Below, one piece after another: positions 14,341 to 28,184 of a stretch of DNA of 64,000 bases. Below the pieces are notes generated by a model. The model saw only the letters and a list, made by a program, of their open reading frames with translations. It searched no databases and was not told where the DNA came from. Source of the stretch: the human T2T-CHM13v2.0 reference genome, Homo sapiens; assembly GCF_009914755.1 (NCBI RefSeq), contig NC_060947.1, one strand, 5' to 3'. How positions within the stretch are numbered: position 1 is the stretch's first letter; each line of letters starts with the position of its first letter. A program made the position numbers and the translations under genes.

Positions 14341-15249
14341 TGGATTTCACCAGTGTGAAAACAAATGTCTTATTTCTGTTCTAGGACCGAATCCAAGATA
14401 CCACATTGCATTTTTATAATTTAATTTTATCACCTTTTTTGATTTATTAACTATGACTCTCTTTTGTTATTTTAGTGGTTGCTTTAGGTTTTATAATATA
14501 GATCTTTAGCTTATCATAATCTAACTTCAATTGAGCTTACTACCGCACATATACTGTAAAAAACTTGCAGCACTATATTTCTCCCTTTCTGTCCTCTATG
14601 CTATTACATTATTGTACATTTTGATTTAAAGTGTTGATTACCTTTTTAACTATTTTAAATAATAAGTAGTTTTTAAATGCTACTTAATAAACGTAGTTAC
14701 CATTTTCGGTGCTTTTTGTTCCTTTGCTTAAATATATTTTTTCCTCTGCTGTCATTTTTCTTCTGCTTGAAGGACTTCCGTTAAAATTTCTTACAATGCA
14801 GGTTTTATGATGGTATATTATTTTATCTTTCCTCTGTCTGCAAAAGTAAAAGGGTAACCAAACACTGCTTCTGATATAGGAAAGTGAATTTTGTATTTAA
14901 AATGATTGCCAAAGGAACATAAAATTGTAAGAATTCATTATATAGGGAGGCAAAGGGAAAGGGTGTAATTAAGGTACAAGAATCAAAGGACACTGGTGCA
15001 AGTTCAGAAAGAAAGGAGCAAACTGTAGAGAGGACTTAAGTCCAGGATTTAGGATAAACACTCGAAGAGCCTGGTCTTTGTCTTCAGGTCTCTAAAGTCT
15101 AATCATTCATTCTATGAGAACCCAAGAGTGGAAGACATAGGGAACCAATTTCAGCTTTCTACTCTCAGAGGTATCCATGAATGAAATTAGATTCCTCTGG
15201 AGAGATATGAGTTCCCTGTCACTGGAGAAATCTAAAAACTTCACAACTA

Positions 15250-15450
15250 GTGACAGTATGATGTCATGGAAAACAAAACATGAATACTGGTGCAGAAATG
15301 GACTGTGTACCCTTGCACAAATCCCTCCACCTCTCTAAGTTTCAGTTTCCACATTTGCTGAATTGGAGTTTTTTTGAGGTCCATGTGGTATAATGTGTGC
15401 AAAGAGCCTAGCCAAGAGTCTGGAACACCGGAAGCACATCATTCATGGCC
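15250..15450 (+). mobile_element. MIR
   Basis: CTCTCTAAGTTTCAGTTTCCACATTTG core, then ATAATGTGTGCAAAGAGCCTAGC. Confidence 0.6.
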
Positions 15451-15544
15451 ACTCTTGTTCTTCAGCAGAGATACAGAATAAATTGAGGCATAATCAGTGT
15501 CTAAGAGAGAAGTGATTACATCCAGCTGAGAGTGGGGAGGTTGG

Positions 15545-16160
15545 TGTCTTGGTCCTTTTGGGCTGCTATAACAAAATACAGATGTTTCTTGACTTATGAT
15601 GGGTTATGTCCTGTTAAATTTGTTGTAAGTTGAAAATATCCTAAGTCAAAAATGCATTTACATATAACATTCTGAACATCATAGGTTAGCCTAGCCTACC
15701 TTAAACATGCTTAGAACACTCACATGCTCCCACAGTTGGGCAAAATTTTCTAATACATAGCTGATTTTAGAATAAAATGTTGAATATCTTATGTAATTTA
15801 TTGAATTCTATACTGAAAGTGTATTACTTTTACACTATCATAAAGTTGAAAAATCTTAAATAAAACCTTCATAAGTCATACATTCAATAGCATGTTAACA
15901 ACATAAATTTATTTCTTACAGTTTTGGAGCCAGAGAAGTCCAAGATCAAGACACCCACAGATTCAGTGTCTGGTGAGTGCCTATTTCTCACAGACAGCAC
16001 CTTCTTGCTGTGTTCTCAAATTGTGGAAGAGTTTATGTAGTTCTCTGAGGTCTCTTTTTCAAGGGGGCACCAATTTCATTCATGAGGGTGGAGCTCTCAT
16101 GACGTAGTCACTTCCTAAAGGCCCCATCTTTCAACACCATCAGAGTGGTAACTATGTTTT
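15545..16160 (-). mobile_element. MaLR LTR (MLT1A/MST-like), left part; remainder at 40994-41060
   Basis: TGTCTTGGTCC..GGGCTGCTATAACAAAATAC start. AAGTCCAAGATCAAG and GATTCAGTGTCTGGTGAG body. Interrupted by MER47 and by a large L1M insertion. Confidence 0.8.
15579..15878. mobile_element. MER47A-like Tigger (TcMar) DNA transposon
   Basis: Starts TA|CAGATG..TGACTTATGATGGG. Internal TTAGCCTAGCCTACCTTAAAC..CAGTTGGGCAAAA match the recalled consensus. Confidence 0.8.
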
Positions 16161-17534
16161 TATAAAAAATATATATTTTTAGTGAATTTACTGTCTTCAC
16201 TTATGACGTAACACTCACTGAGAACATTCAAAGGTGAGGACAGAGATTTTTATTTATTTTTAATTAACAAATAATTCTGTATATTTATGTGTTACAATGT
16301 AATGCTTTAATCCATGTACACATTGTACAAAGACTAAATCCAGCTAATTAACATATCCATCACATCACCAACTTATGGTGTTTTTGTGCTGAGAACATTA
16401 AAAATCTGTTCTTTTTAGCAGTTCTGAAATATACAACACCTTATTATTAACTGTGGTCCCCACGCAGTGCAATACATCACTAAAACTTATTTCTCCATTC
16501 TGACTGAAATTTGGTGCCCTTTGATCATTGTGTCCCATTTGTCTTTTTCTCCCTGTCCCCACTGCTCTGGTAACCTTTCTACTCTCTGTTTCTATGAGAT
16601 TGACTGTTTTCAGATTCTACATGTAAGTAAAATCGTACAATATTTTGTTTTCCATGCCTGGCTTATTTTGCTTAGAATAATATTCTCCAAGTTCACCCAT
16701 GTTGTTGCAAATAATAGAATTTCCTTCCATTTTAAAGCTGAATAGTATTCCATTGTTAATATATACCACATTTTCTCTATTCATTCATCTATTCCTAGAC
16801 ACTTACATTACTTCCATATATTGGGTGTAGTGAATAATACTGCAATAAACATGGGAGTTCAGACATCTCTTTGCCATACCAATTTCAATTCCTTTGGATA
16901 TATACTCAGAAGTGGGATTGCTGGGTCATATGATAGTTCTATTTTTAGTTTATTTAGGAATCTCCAAAGTGTTTTCCATAATGGTTGTACTAATTTTTAG
17001 TTTATTTAGGAATCTCCAAAGTGCTTTCCATAGATATTTCTATTTTTAGTTTATTTAGGAATCTCCAAAGTGCTTTCCATAATGGTTGTACTAATTTACA
17101 TTTTCAACAACAGTGTACCAGGGTCTTTTTTTCTCCATGTTTTTGCCAGCACATACTATCTTTCATCTTTCTCATAGTAGCCATTCTAACAGGTATGAGG
17201 TGATATCTCATTGTGGTTTTAATTTGCATTTCCCAGATGATTAGTGGTGTTGAGCATATTTTCATTTATATGTTGGCCATTTGTATGTCTTCTTTTGTAA
17301 AATGTCTTTTCACCTCCTTGGCCCATTTCTAAATTGGGTTATGTGCTTTCTTGATATTGAGTTGCTTGAGTTCTGTATACATAGAATTGTAATGCTATAT
17401 ATATTGCACTGTATATAGCATATACAGCATATATTTATATATATATTGCACTATACATAGCATGTACAGCATATAAATATATATATATATATATAGCATA
17501 CATATCTTTTAAGAAGTACTACATTACTAAAGGT

Positions 17535-19359
17535 GTTTTTTAAATTTAACTTTTATTTTAATTTTGGGGTATATGCACAGGTTTGTTATATAGGTAAACT
17601 TGTGTCATGGGGGTTTGTTGTACAGAATATTTCATACCCAGGTATTAATCCTAGTACCCATTAGTTATTTATCTTCTGATCCTCTCCCTCCTCCAACCCT
17701 CCACCCTCTGATAGGCCTCAATGTGTATGTTTCTCCCCTCTATGTGTCCATGCATTCTCATCATTTAGCTCTCAATTATAAGTGAGAACATGCAGTATTT
17801 GATTTTCTGTTCTTGCATTAGTTTGCTAACGGTAATGCCCTCAAGTTTCATCCATGTCCCAGCAAAATACATGATCTCATTCATTTTTATGTCTGCATAG
17901 TATTCCATGGTGTATATGTGCCACATTTTCTTTCTTCAGTCTACCATTGATGGGCATGTAGGTTGATTCCATGCCTTTGCTGTCATGAATAGTGCTGCAA
18001 TGATCATATGCATGCATGTCTTTATGAAAGAACTATTTATATTCCTTTGAGTGTATATCCAGTAATGGGACTGCTGTGTTGCATGATATTTCTTTTTTTA
18101 GGTATTTGAGGAATCACCACACTGTCTCCCACAATAGCTGAACTAATTTACACTCCCACCAATAGTGTATAAGCATTTGTTTTTCTCTACAACCTCACCA
18201 GCATCTGTTATTTTTTGACTTGTAAAAAATAGTCATTCTGACTGGTTTGAGATGGTATCTCATTGTGGTTTTCATTTGTATTTCTCTAATGATCAGTGAT
18301 GTTTAGCTTTTTTTTCTCAAGTGATTGTTGGCCACATGTATGTCTTCTTTTGAGAACTATCTGGTCATGTCCTTTGCCCACTTTTAAATGGGGTTGTTCA
18401 GATTTTTGTGGTAAATATGTTTAAGTTCTGTGTAGATGCTGGATATTAGACCTTTCTCAGTAGCATAGTTTGCAAAAATTTTCTCCCATAATGTAGGCTT
18501 TCTGATCAATCTGTTTCTTTGGCTGTGCAGAAGCTGTTTAATTAGTGTCAATTTTTGCTTTTGTTGGAATTTCTTTGGTGTCTTCATCATGAAATCTTAG
18601 GTTGTCTTCCAGGGCTTTTATAGTTTTGGGTTTTACATTTAAGTCTATAATCCATCTTGAGTTAATTTTTGTATACGATGTAAGGAAAAAGTCCAGTTTC
18701 AATCTTCTACATATGGCTAGCCAGTTCTCCCAGCACCATTTATTGAATAGGGAATTCTTTCCCCGTTACTTGTTTTTTTCAGCTTTTCAAAGTTCAGATA
18801 GTTGTAGCTGTGCGGCTTTAATTCTGGGTTCTCTGTTCTGTTCCATTGGTCTATGTGTCTGTTTTTGTACGAGTACCATGCTGTTTTGCTTGCTGTAGCC
18901 CTGTAGTTTGAAGTTGTGTAGCATGATGCCTCCAGTGTTGCCCTTTTTGCATAGGAGTTCCTTGATTATTCAGGCTTCTTTTGGTTCCATATGAGATTTA
19001 AAATAGTTTTTTACTAGTACTGTAAAGAATGTGATTGGCAGTTTAGTAGAAATAGCATTGAATCTATAAATTTCTTTAGTCAGTATGGCCATATTAATAA
19101 TATTGATTCTTCCTATCCATGCACATGGAATGTTTTTCTATTTGCCCCATCTCTGATTTATTTGAGCAGGGTTTTCTAGTTCTACTTGTAAAGATCTTTC
19201 ACCTCCCTGGTTAGCTGTTTTCCTAGGTATTATATTCTTTCTGTGGCAATTTTGAATGAGACTGTTTCCTGATTTGGCTCTTGGCTTGACTGTTGTTGAT
19301 GTATATAAGTGCTAGTAAAAGTTTTACGTTGATTTTCTATCATGAGATTTTGCTGAAGT
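17535..19359 (-). mobile_element. Older L1PA 3' portion
   Basis: Antisense L1PA 3'UTR and ORF2 C-terminal sequence. Confidence 0.88.
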
Positions 19360-20524
19360 CTTTTTTTATCATTATACTTTAAGTTCTGGGGTGCATGTGC
19401 AGAACATGCAGGTTTGTTACATTGTTATACATATGCCATGGTGGTTTGCTGCACCCATCAACCCATCATCGACATTAGGTATTTCTCCTAATGCTACCCT
19501 TCCCCTAGCCCCCACCCCTTGACAGACCCCAGTATGTGATGTTCCCCTCCTTGTGTACTGTGTTCTCATTGTTCAACTCCCACTTATGAGTGAGAACATG
19601 CAGTGCTTGGTTTTCTGTTCTTGTGTCAGTTTGCTGAGAATGATGGTTTTCAGCTTCATCCATGTCCCTGCAAAGGACATGAACTCATCCTTTTTATGGT
19701 TGCATAGTATTCCATGGTGTATAAGTACCACATTTTCTTTATCCAGTCTGTAAATTATGGGCATTTGGATTGGTTCCAAGTCTTTGTTATTGTAAACAGT
19801 GCTGTAATAAACATACATGTGCGTGTGTCTTTATATTAGAATGATTTATAATCCTTTGGGTATATACCCAGTAATAAGATTGCTGGGTCAAATGGTATTT
19901 CTGGTTCTAGATCCATGAGGAATCACCACACTGTATTCCACAATGGTTGAACTAATTTACACTCCCACCAAAAGTGTTCCTATTTCTCCACATCCTCTCC
20001 AGCATCAGTTTCCTGACATTTTAATGACTGCCATTCTAACTGGCATCAGATGGTATCTCATATGGTTTTGATTTGTATTTCTCTAATGACCAGTGATGAC
20101 GAGCTTTTTTTCATATGTTTTTTGCCTACAAAAATATCTTCTTTTGAGAACTGTCTGTTCATATCCTTTGCCCACTTTTTGATGGGGTTGCTTATTTTTT
20201 TCTTGTAAATCTGTTTAAGTTCTTTGTAGATTCTGGATATTAAGCCTTTGTCAGATAGATAGACTGTAAAAATATTCTCACATTCCGTAGGTTGCCTGTT
20301 CACTCTGATGATAGTTTCTTTTGCTGTGCAGAAGTTCTTTAGTTTAATCAGATGCCATTTGTCAATTTTGGTTTTTGTTGCCATTGCTTTTGGTGTTTCT
20401 GTCATGAAGTCTTTGACCAGGCCTATGTCGTGAATGGTATTGCCTAGGTTTTCTTCTATGGTTTTTATGGTTTTAGGTCTTATATTTAAGTCTTTAATCC
20501 ATCTTGAGTTAATTTTTGTATAAA
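19360..20524 (-). mobile_element. 5'-truncated L1PA (about L1PA7) inserted in the older L1PA
   Basis: New poly(T) plus ATTATACTTTAAGTTCTGGG 3' end. ORF 20058-20570 is an ORF2 fragment ([13 protein letters not shown]). Confidence 0.9.
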
Positions 20525-20846
20525 TGGCAAACTGAATCCAGCAGCACATCAAACATCTTATCCACCACAATCAATTAAGCTTTATTCCTAAGATGCATGG
20601 TTGGTTCCACATATGCAAATCAATAAATGTATTAATCATATCAGCAGAATTAAAGACAAAAAGCCCATGATTATCTCAAAGATGCAGAAAAGGCTTTTGA
20701 TAAAATTCAACACACTTTCACGTTAAAAACTCTCAATAAACAAGTTATTGAAGGAACATTCCTTAAAATAATAAGAGCCATCTAAGACAAACCCACAGCC
20801 AACATCATACTGAATGGGCAAAATCTGGAAGCATTACTCTTGAAAA
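20525..20846 (+). mobile_element. Inverted L1 ORF2 (RT) segment
   Basis: Sense-strand TGGCAAACTGAATCCAGCAGCACATC...GAAGCATT..CTTGAAAA, lying between two antisense L1 segments. Confidence 0.88.
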
Positions 20847-20847
20847 G

Positions 20848-21150
20848 GTTGAGGACTTTTGCATCAGTGTTCATCAAAGATATTGGCCAGAAATTTTTTT
20901 TATTGTTTTGTCTCTGCCAGAGTTTGGTATCAGGATATGCTGATATCATGGAATGAGTTACAGGGGAGTCCCTTCTCTTCAATTTTTTGGAATAGTGTCA
21001 GAAGAAATGGTACCTGCTCTTCTACATTTGGTAGAATTCAGCTGTGAAACTATCTGGTCTTGGACTCTTTTTGGTCGGTAGGCTATACAATCAAATTTCA
21101 AAGCTTGTTACTGGTTTGTTTAGGGATTCAATTTCTTCCTGATTTAGTCT
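20848..21150 (-). mobile_element. L1PA ORF2 segment
   Basis: The minus strand encodes NFWPISLMNTDAKVLN (RT N-terminal motif). Confidence 0.85.
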
Positions 21151-22149
21151 TGAACCTCATATATTTTTTATATAATCCCCTCATCAGATATATGGATTGC
21201 AAGTATTTTCTCCCAATCTCTGTGATGTCTCCTGACTCTGTTAATTATTTTATTTTCTTCTCTGAAATATTGGTGTAATCCAATTTGTCAATTTTTGCTT
21301 TTCCTGCCTCTGCTTTTGGAGTCCTATTCAAGAAATCATTGCCCAGACCAGACCAATGTTGTGGTGCTTTGATCTTTGCCTTATTCTAGTAGTTTTACAG
21401 TTTCAAGATTTTGTTGAAGTCTTTAATCTATTTTGTGTTCATTTCTCTATAAAGTGTAAGACAGGGATTCAACTTTATTCTTCTGCGTGTGGATATTTAA
21501 GTTTTTCTAAAATCATTTTTATTTAAGACTGTCCTTTTTCCACTGGATGTTCTTGGCATCTTTGTCAAAAATCAACTGACTGTAAATACTTGGGTTTATT
21601 TCTTGGCTTTCTATACTTTTTTATTGGTTGGTGTGTCTGGCTTTATGCCAGTACCATGCTATTTTGAGTACAAAAAGTTTATATTTTGAAATCAGAGAGT
21701 GTGATGCTTTCAGCTTTATTTTTTCTCTTCAAGATTGCTTTGGCTATTTAGGCTATTTTGTGATTTCATATGAATTTGAGAATAGTATTTTTTTTATTTC
21801 TGTGAGAAATGACGTTGGAATTTTGAAAGGGATTCCATTGAATCTGTATGTAGCTTTCAGTAGTATGGACATTTAAACAATATTTATTCTTCCAATCCAT
21901 GAGCACAGTTTATCTTTACATTTATTTGGGTCTTCTTCTATTTCTTTCTTTGATGTGTTATAGTTTCTAATGTACAGATCATTCACCTGTTTGCTTAAAT
22001 TTACTCGAAGTTGTTTTATTTTTTGATGTCATTGTAAATGGAATTGCATTTTTAAAGTTCTTCTCAAATACTTTGCTGTTGGTGTGTACAAATGCTACTG
22101 GTTTTTTAATATTTATTTTGTATTCTGTAATTTTATTAAACTTATTTAA

Positions 22150-22512
<363 letters not shown>

Positions 22513-23169
22513 TTATTTCCCTTTCTATCTGGATACCTTTTTATTTCTTTTTCTTGTCTATTTGCTCTCCATAAAACTTCCAGTAATATGTTGAATATAT
22601 TTGGCTTCTTGTCTTTTTCCTGATCTTAAAGGGAAAGCTTTCCCTTTTTAATCATTGAGTATGACATTAGCTGTGGGCTTGTTATATATGGCCTTTATTG
22701 TGTTGAGGTACATTCCTTCTATACCCATTGAGAGTTTTCTTCATGACAGGATGTTGGATTTTTGTCAAAAGCTATATCTGCATATATTGAGATTATCATG
22801 TGGTTTCATCCTTCATTCTGTTAATGTGATGTATCACATTGATTGATTGCATATGTTGAAGCATCCTTGCATCCCTAGAATAATTCCCACTTGATTATGA
22901 TGAATAATTTTTTAATGTGCTGTTGAATTTAGTTTGCTAATATTTTCTTGAGCATTTTGCATCTAAATTCATCAGAGATATTGGCCTGTAGTTTTCTTTT
23001 CTTGTAGTGTCATAGTCTGGCTTGAGTATTAGCATGATGCTGGCCTTGTAGAATGAATTTGAAAGTATTTTTTCTTCATTTTTCTGAAGGAGTTGGAGAA
23101 AGATAGATATTAGTTATTCTTTAAATGCTTGTTTCTAGAAATTTTCTTTCTTTCTTCTAGGTTATGTTA

Positions 23170-23566
23170 AAAAATAAAGTTCATATTTTTCATTTTTATA
23201 TTTTAATTTTATTTTTCCACACTTTTAAGTCCTCTCATATACTACATTTTCTTTATCCATTCATTCATTGATGGACACTTAGATTGATTTTTTTATCTTG
23301 GCAATTGTGAATAGTGCTGAAATAAACATAGGAGTGCAGGTTTCCCCTTGATATACTTATTTACTTTCCTTTGGATAAATAACCAATACTGGGATTTCTG
23401 AATTATATGATAATTCTATTTTTACTTTTTTATAGAAATCTCCATACTGCTTTCCATAAAGACTGTACTAATTTATATTTTTCCCAGCGGTGTAGATACA
23501 GTTCCCTTTTCTCCACATCCACCAAATCCTGAGGTTTTTTTTTGTCTTTTTGATAATAGCCATTTT
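23170..23566 (-). mobile_element. L1MA-type fragment, immediate host of the L1PB; continues at 40104-40420
   Basis: The sequence ...TTTGATAATAGCCATTTT resumes as ...GATAATAGTCATTTTAACTGGG..GATATCTCATTG after the insertion. Confidence 0.75.
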
Positions 23567-23919
23567 TTTAAAAAATTATTTATTGGGGTGCAGGTGGTAT
23601 TTGGTTACATGAGTAAGTTCTTTAGTGGAGACTTGTGAGAACCTGGTGCACCCATTGCCCAAGCAGTATACTCTGCACCATATTTGTTGTCTTTTATCCC
23701 TCGCCCCCTCCCACTCTTCCCCGCAAGTCCCCAAAGTCCATTGTATCATTCTTATGCCTTTGCATCCTCATAGCTTAGCACCCATATATCAGTGAGAATA
23801 TACGATGTTTGATTTTCCATTCCTGAGTTACTTCACTTAGAATAATAGTCTCTAATCTCATCCAGGTCTTTGCAAATGCTAGTAATTCATTCCTTTTTAT
23901 GGCTGAGTAGTATTCCATC

Positions 23920-24270
23920 ATATATATATATATATATCTATATCATATATATATATATCTCATATATATATCATATATATATCTCATATATATATCATAT
24001 ATATCATATATATCTCATATATATCATATATATATCATATATATATCATATATATATCTCATATATATGATATACATATATCTCACATATAGATCTCATA
24101 TATATATCTCATATATATACATGTATATATATAGACATGTATGTATATATACATGTATGTGTACATATATATACATGTATGTGTACATATATATACATGT
24201 ATGTGTACATATATATATACATGTATGTGTACATATATATATATATACACACATATATATATATATATCT
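23920..24270. repeat. Compound (TA)n/(CATATATAT)n/(TATACATGTATG)n simple repeat
   Basis: Direct observation; an expansion inside the L1PB 3' region. Confidence 0.95.
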
Positions 24271-27200
24271 CAGAGATTTTTCTTCTCCACTGGTTGATTG
24301 ATGGGCATTTGGGTTGGTTCCACCATTTTGCTATTGTAAATTGTGCTGCTATAAACACGCATGTCCAAGTATCTTTTTCGAATAATGACTTCTTTTCCTT
24401 TGGGTAGATACTCAGTGGTGGGATTGCTGGATCAAATGGTAGTTCTACTTTTAGCTATTTAAGGAATCTCCATACTCTTTTCCATAGCAGCTGTACTAGT
24501 TTACATTCTCACCAGCAGTGTAAAAGTGTTGCCTGATGGCCGCATCCATGCCAACATCTACAGTTTTTTTAATTCTTTGATTGTGGCCATTCTTACAGGA
24601 GTACAGTGGTATCGCATTGTGGTTTTGATTTGCATTTCTCTGATTATTAGTGATGTTGAGCATTTTTTCATATGTTTGTTGGCCATTTTTATATCTTCTT
24701 TTGTGAATTCTTTATTCATGTCCTTAGCCCACTTTTTGATGAGATTGGTTTTTTTTCTTACTGATTTGTTTGAGTTCATTGTAGACTCTGGATATTAGCT
24801 CTTTGTCACATGTATAGATTATGAAGATTTTTGCTCATTCTGTGGGTTGTCTGTTTACTCTGCTGACTGTTGCTTTTGCCATGCAAAAGCTCTTTAGTTT
24901 AATTAGGTCCCGGCTATTTATCTTTGTTTTTATTACAATGGCTTTTGGGTTTTTGGTCATGAAATCTTTGCTAAGCCAATGTCAAGGAGGGTTTTTCCAA
25001 TGTTATCATCTAGAATTTTTATATTTCAGTTCTTAGGTTTAATTCCTTAATCCATCTTGAGTTGGTTTTTGTATAAGGTGAGAGATGAGGATCCAGTTTC
25101 ATTCTCCTACATGTGGCTAGCCAATTATCCTAGCACCATTTGTTCAAAAGGGTGTCCTTTCCCCACTTTATGTTTTTGTTTACTTTGTTGAATATCTACT
25201 GGCTGTAAGTATTTGGATTTATTTCTGTGTTCTCTATTCCATTCCATTGGTTATGTGACTATTTTTATAGCAGTGCCAAGCTGTTTTGGTTACTATGGCC
25301 TTATAGTATAGTTTGGAATCAGGTAGTGTGATGCCTCCAGGTTTGTTCTTTTTGCTTAGTCTCACTTTGGCTATGTGGGCTCTTTTTTGGTTCCATGTGA
25401 ATTTTAGAATTTTTTTTTCTAACTCTGTGAGGAATGATGGTGATATTTTGATGGGGATTGTGTTGAATTTGTAGATTGCTTTTGGCAGTACGGTCATTTT
25501 CACAATATTGATTCTACCCATCCATGAGTATGGGATGTGTTTTCATTTGTTTGTGTCATCTATGATTTCTTTTAGAAGTGTTTAGTAGTTTTCCTTGTAG
25601 AGGTCTTTCAACTCCTTTGTTAGGTATATTCCTAATTATTTTAATTCTTTTTGCAGCTGTTGTAAAAGGGGTTGAATTCTTGATTTGTTTCTCTGCTTGG
25701 TAAGTGTCGGTGTATAGAAGACCCACTGATTTGTGTATACTGATCTCGTATCCAGAAACTTTGCTGAATTCTTTTATCAGTTCTAAGAGCTTTCTGGAGG
25801 AGTCCTTAGGGTTTTCAAGGTAAAACTATCATATCGTCAGCAAACAGAAACAGTTTGACTTCCTCTTTACCGATTTGGATGCCCTATATCTCTTTCTCTT
25901 GTCTGATTGCTCTGGAAAAGACTTCCAGTACTAAGTTGAAGAGGAGTGGTAAGAGTGGGCATTTTTATCTTGTTCCCATTCTCAGGGGGGAATGCTTTGA
26001 ATTTTTCCCCATTCAGTATTATGTTGGTTGTGGGTTTGTCATAGATGGCTTTTATTGCATTAAGGTATGTCCCTAGTAAGCCAATTTTGCTGAGGGTTTT
26101 GATCATAAAGGATGCTGGATTTTGTCAAATGCTTTTTCTGCATCTATTGGGATGATCATGTGACTTTGGTTTTTATTTCTGTTTATGTGGTGAATCACAT
26201 TGATTGACTTGTGTATGTTAAACTATGCCTGCATCCCTGGTATGAAACCCACTTGATCATGGTGGATTATCTTTTTGATACGTTGTTGGATTCAGTTAGC
26301 TAGTATTTTGTTAAGGATTTTAGAGTCTATGTTCATCAAAGATATCGATCTGTAGTTTTCTTTTTTGGTTGTATCTTTTCCTGGTTTGGGCATTAGGGTG
26401 ATAGTGCCTTCATAGAATAAATTAGGGAGGATTCCTTCTTTCTCTTTCTTGTGGAATAGTGTCAAAAGTATTTGTACCAATCCTTCTTCTTTAAATGTCT
26501 GGTAAAATTTTGCTGGGAATCCTTCTGGTCCTCGAATTTTTTGTTGGTAATTTATAAATTAGCATTTAAATCTCACTGCTTGTTATTGATCTGCTCAGGG
26601 TATCTACATTTTCCTGATTTAAGCTAGCAGGGTTGTATCTTTCTAGGAATTTATCCAAATCTTCTAGGTTTTCTAGTTTATGTAAATAAAGGTGTTTATA
26701 GTAGCCTTGAATGAGCTCTTGTATTTCACTGGTGTCACTTGTAGTATCTCCTGTTTTGTTTCTCAGTGAGGTTATTTGGATTTTCTCTCTTATTTCCTTG
26801 GTTAATTTTGCTAATAGTCTATCAATCTTATTTATCTTCTCAAAGAACCAGCTCTTTCATTTATCTTTTGTAATTTTTGTTTTGTTTTGTTTCAATTTCC
26901 TTTAGTTCTTCTCTGATCTTGGTTATTTCCTTTCTTCTGCTGGGTTTCTGTTTGGTTTGTTCTTTTTTCTCTGTTTCCTTGGGATGTGACCTTAGATTGC
27001 CTGTTTGTGCTCTTTCAAACTTTTTGATGTAGGCAATTAGGGCTATGAACTTTTGTCTTAGCACTGCCTTAGCTGTATCCCACAGGTTTTGATAGGTTAT
27101 GCCATTATTGTCATTCAGTTTGAAGAATTTTTTTAAATTTCCATCTTGATTTCATTTTTGACCCAGTGCTCATTCAAGAGCAGGTTATTTAATTTCCATG

Positions 27201-27779
27201 TATTTGCACGGTTTTGAGGGTTCCTTTCGAAGTTGATTCACACTTTTATTCCACTGTGATCTGAGAGATTACTTGACATAATTTCAATTTTCTTAAATGT
27301 ATTGAGGTTTATTTTACAGCCTATTTTATGGTCTATCTTGGAGAAAGTTCCATGAGCTGTTGAATAAAATGTGTATTCTGTGCTTGTGGATGAAGTGTTC
27401 TGTATGTATCTGTTAAGTGCATTTGTTCCAAGGTATAGTTTAAATCCATTGTTTCTTTGTTGACTTTCTGTCTTGATGACCTATCTAGTGCTTTCGATGT
27501 AGTATTAAATCCCCCCATTATAATTGTGTTGCCATGTATCTAATTTCTTAGGTACAATAGTAATTGTTTTATAAATTTAGGAGCTCCAGTGTTAGGTACA
27601 TATTTGTTTAGGATTGTAATATTGTCCAGTTGGACAAGTCCTCTTACGATTGTATAATGTCCCTCTTTGTCTCTTTTAGCCTCTGTTGCTTTAAAGTTTG
27701 TTTTGTCTGATATAAAAATAGCTACCTCTGCTCGCTTTTGGTGTCCATTTGCATAAAATGCCTTTTTCCACCCACTTAC

Positions 27780-28181
27780 TGTTAGAGATCCAAGCTACCC
27801 CTCCTCTTCGTCCATGACCTTTGCAATGCAGTCCTTTGTGACCACCTACAAACACCCCTTCCCCTTTTTCTACAGCCACTTTTGCAAGGCTTTCAGTAGA
27901 ACTGGTAAACAGTTCCAGGATGTGGTTAAGACATCTGCCCACCTTGCCTAGCCAAGCTTGCCTAGCTGAGCAGACAAAAACATTTCCAGGAAATGGATGA
28001 AACACCTGCAACCCTACTCAGTTTCCCCCACCCCACCCTAGCCTCTTGCCTTATAAAACCCCACAACAGCCTGTAAGTGGGGCTGCCTCCTCTGTTTACA
28101 GTGGAGCAGCCCGACAGGTTAATAAAAACTTGCTTGCCCGACTCTGGGGTCTACTCGTTCCTTCTCTTGGCTAACCCTACA
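27780..28181 (+). repeat. 5' LTR (402 bp)
   Basis: TG...CA termini. TATAAAA at 28052-28058, AATAAA at 28121-28126. Direct repeat of 35976-36372. Confidence 0.97.
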
Positions 28182-28184
28182 TTT

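Noticed and set aside
23870-24407. Tyr/Ile/His-rich ORFs
   Set aside because: Translations of a TA-rich simple repeat. The CV/HT-repeat ORFs at 50065-51271, 55685 and 57505 likewise come from (TG)n.
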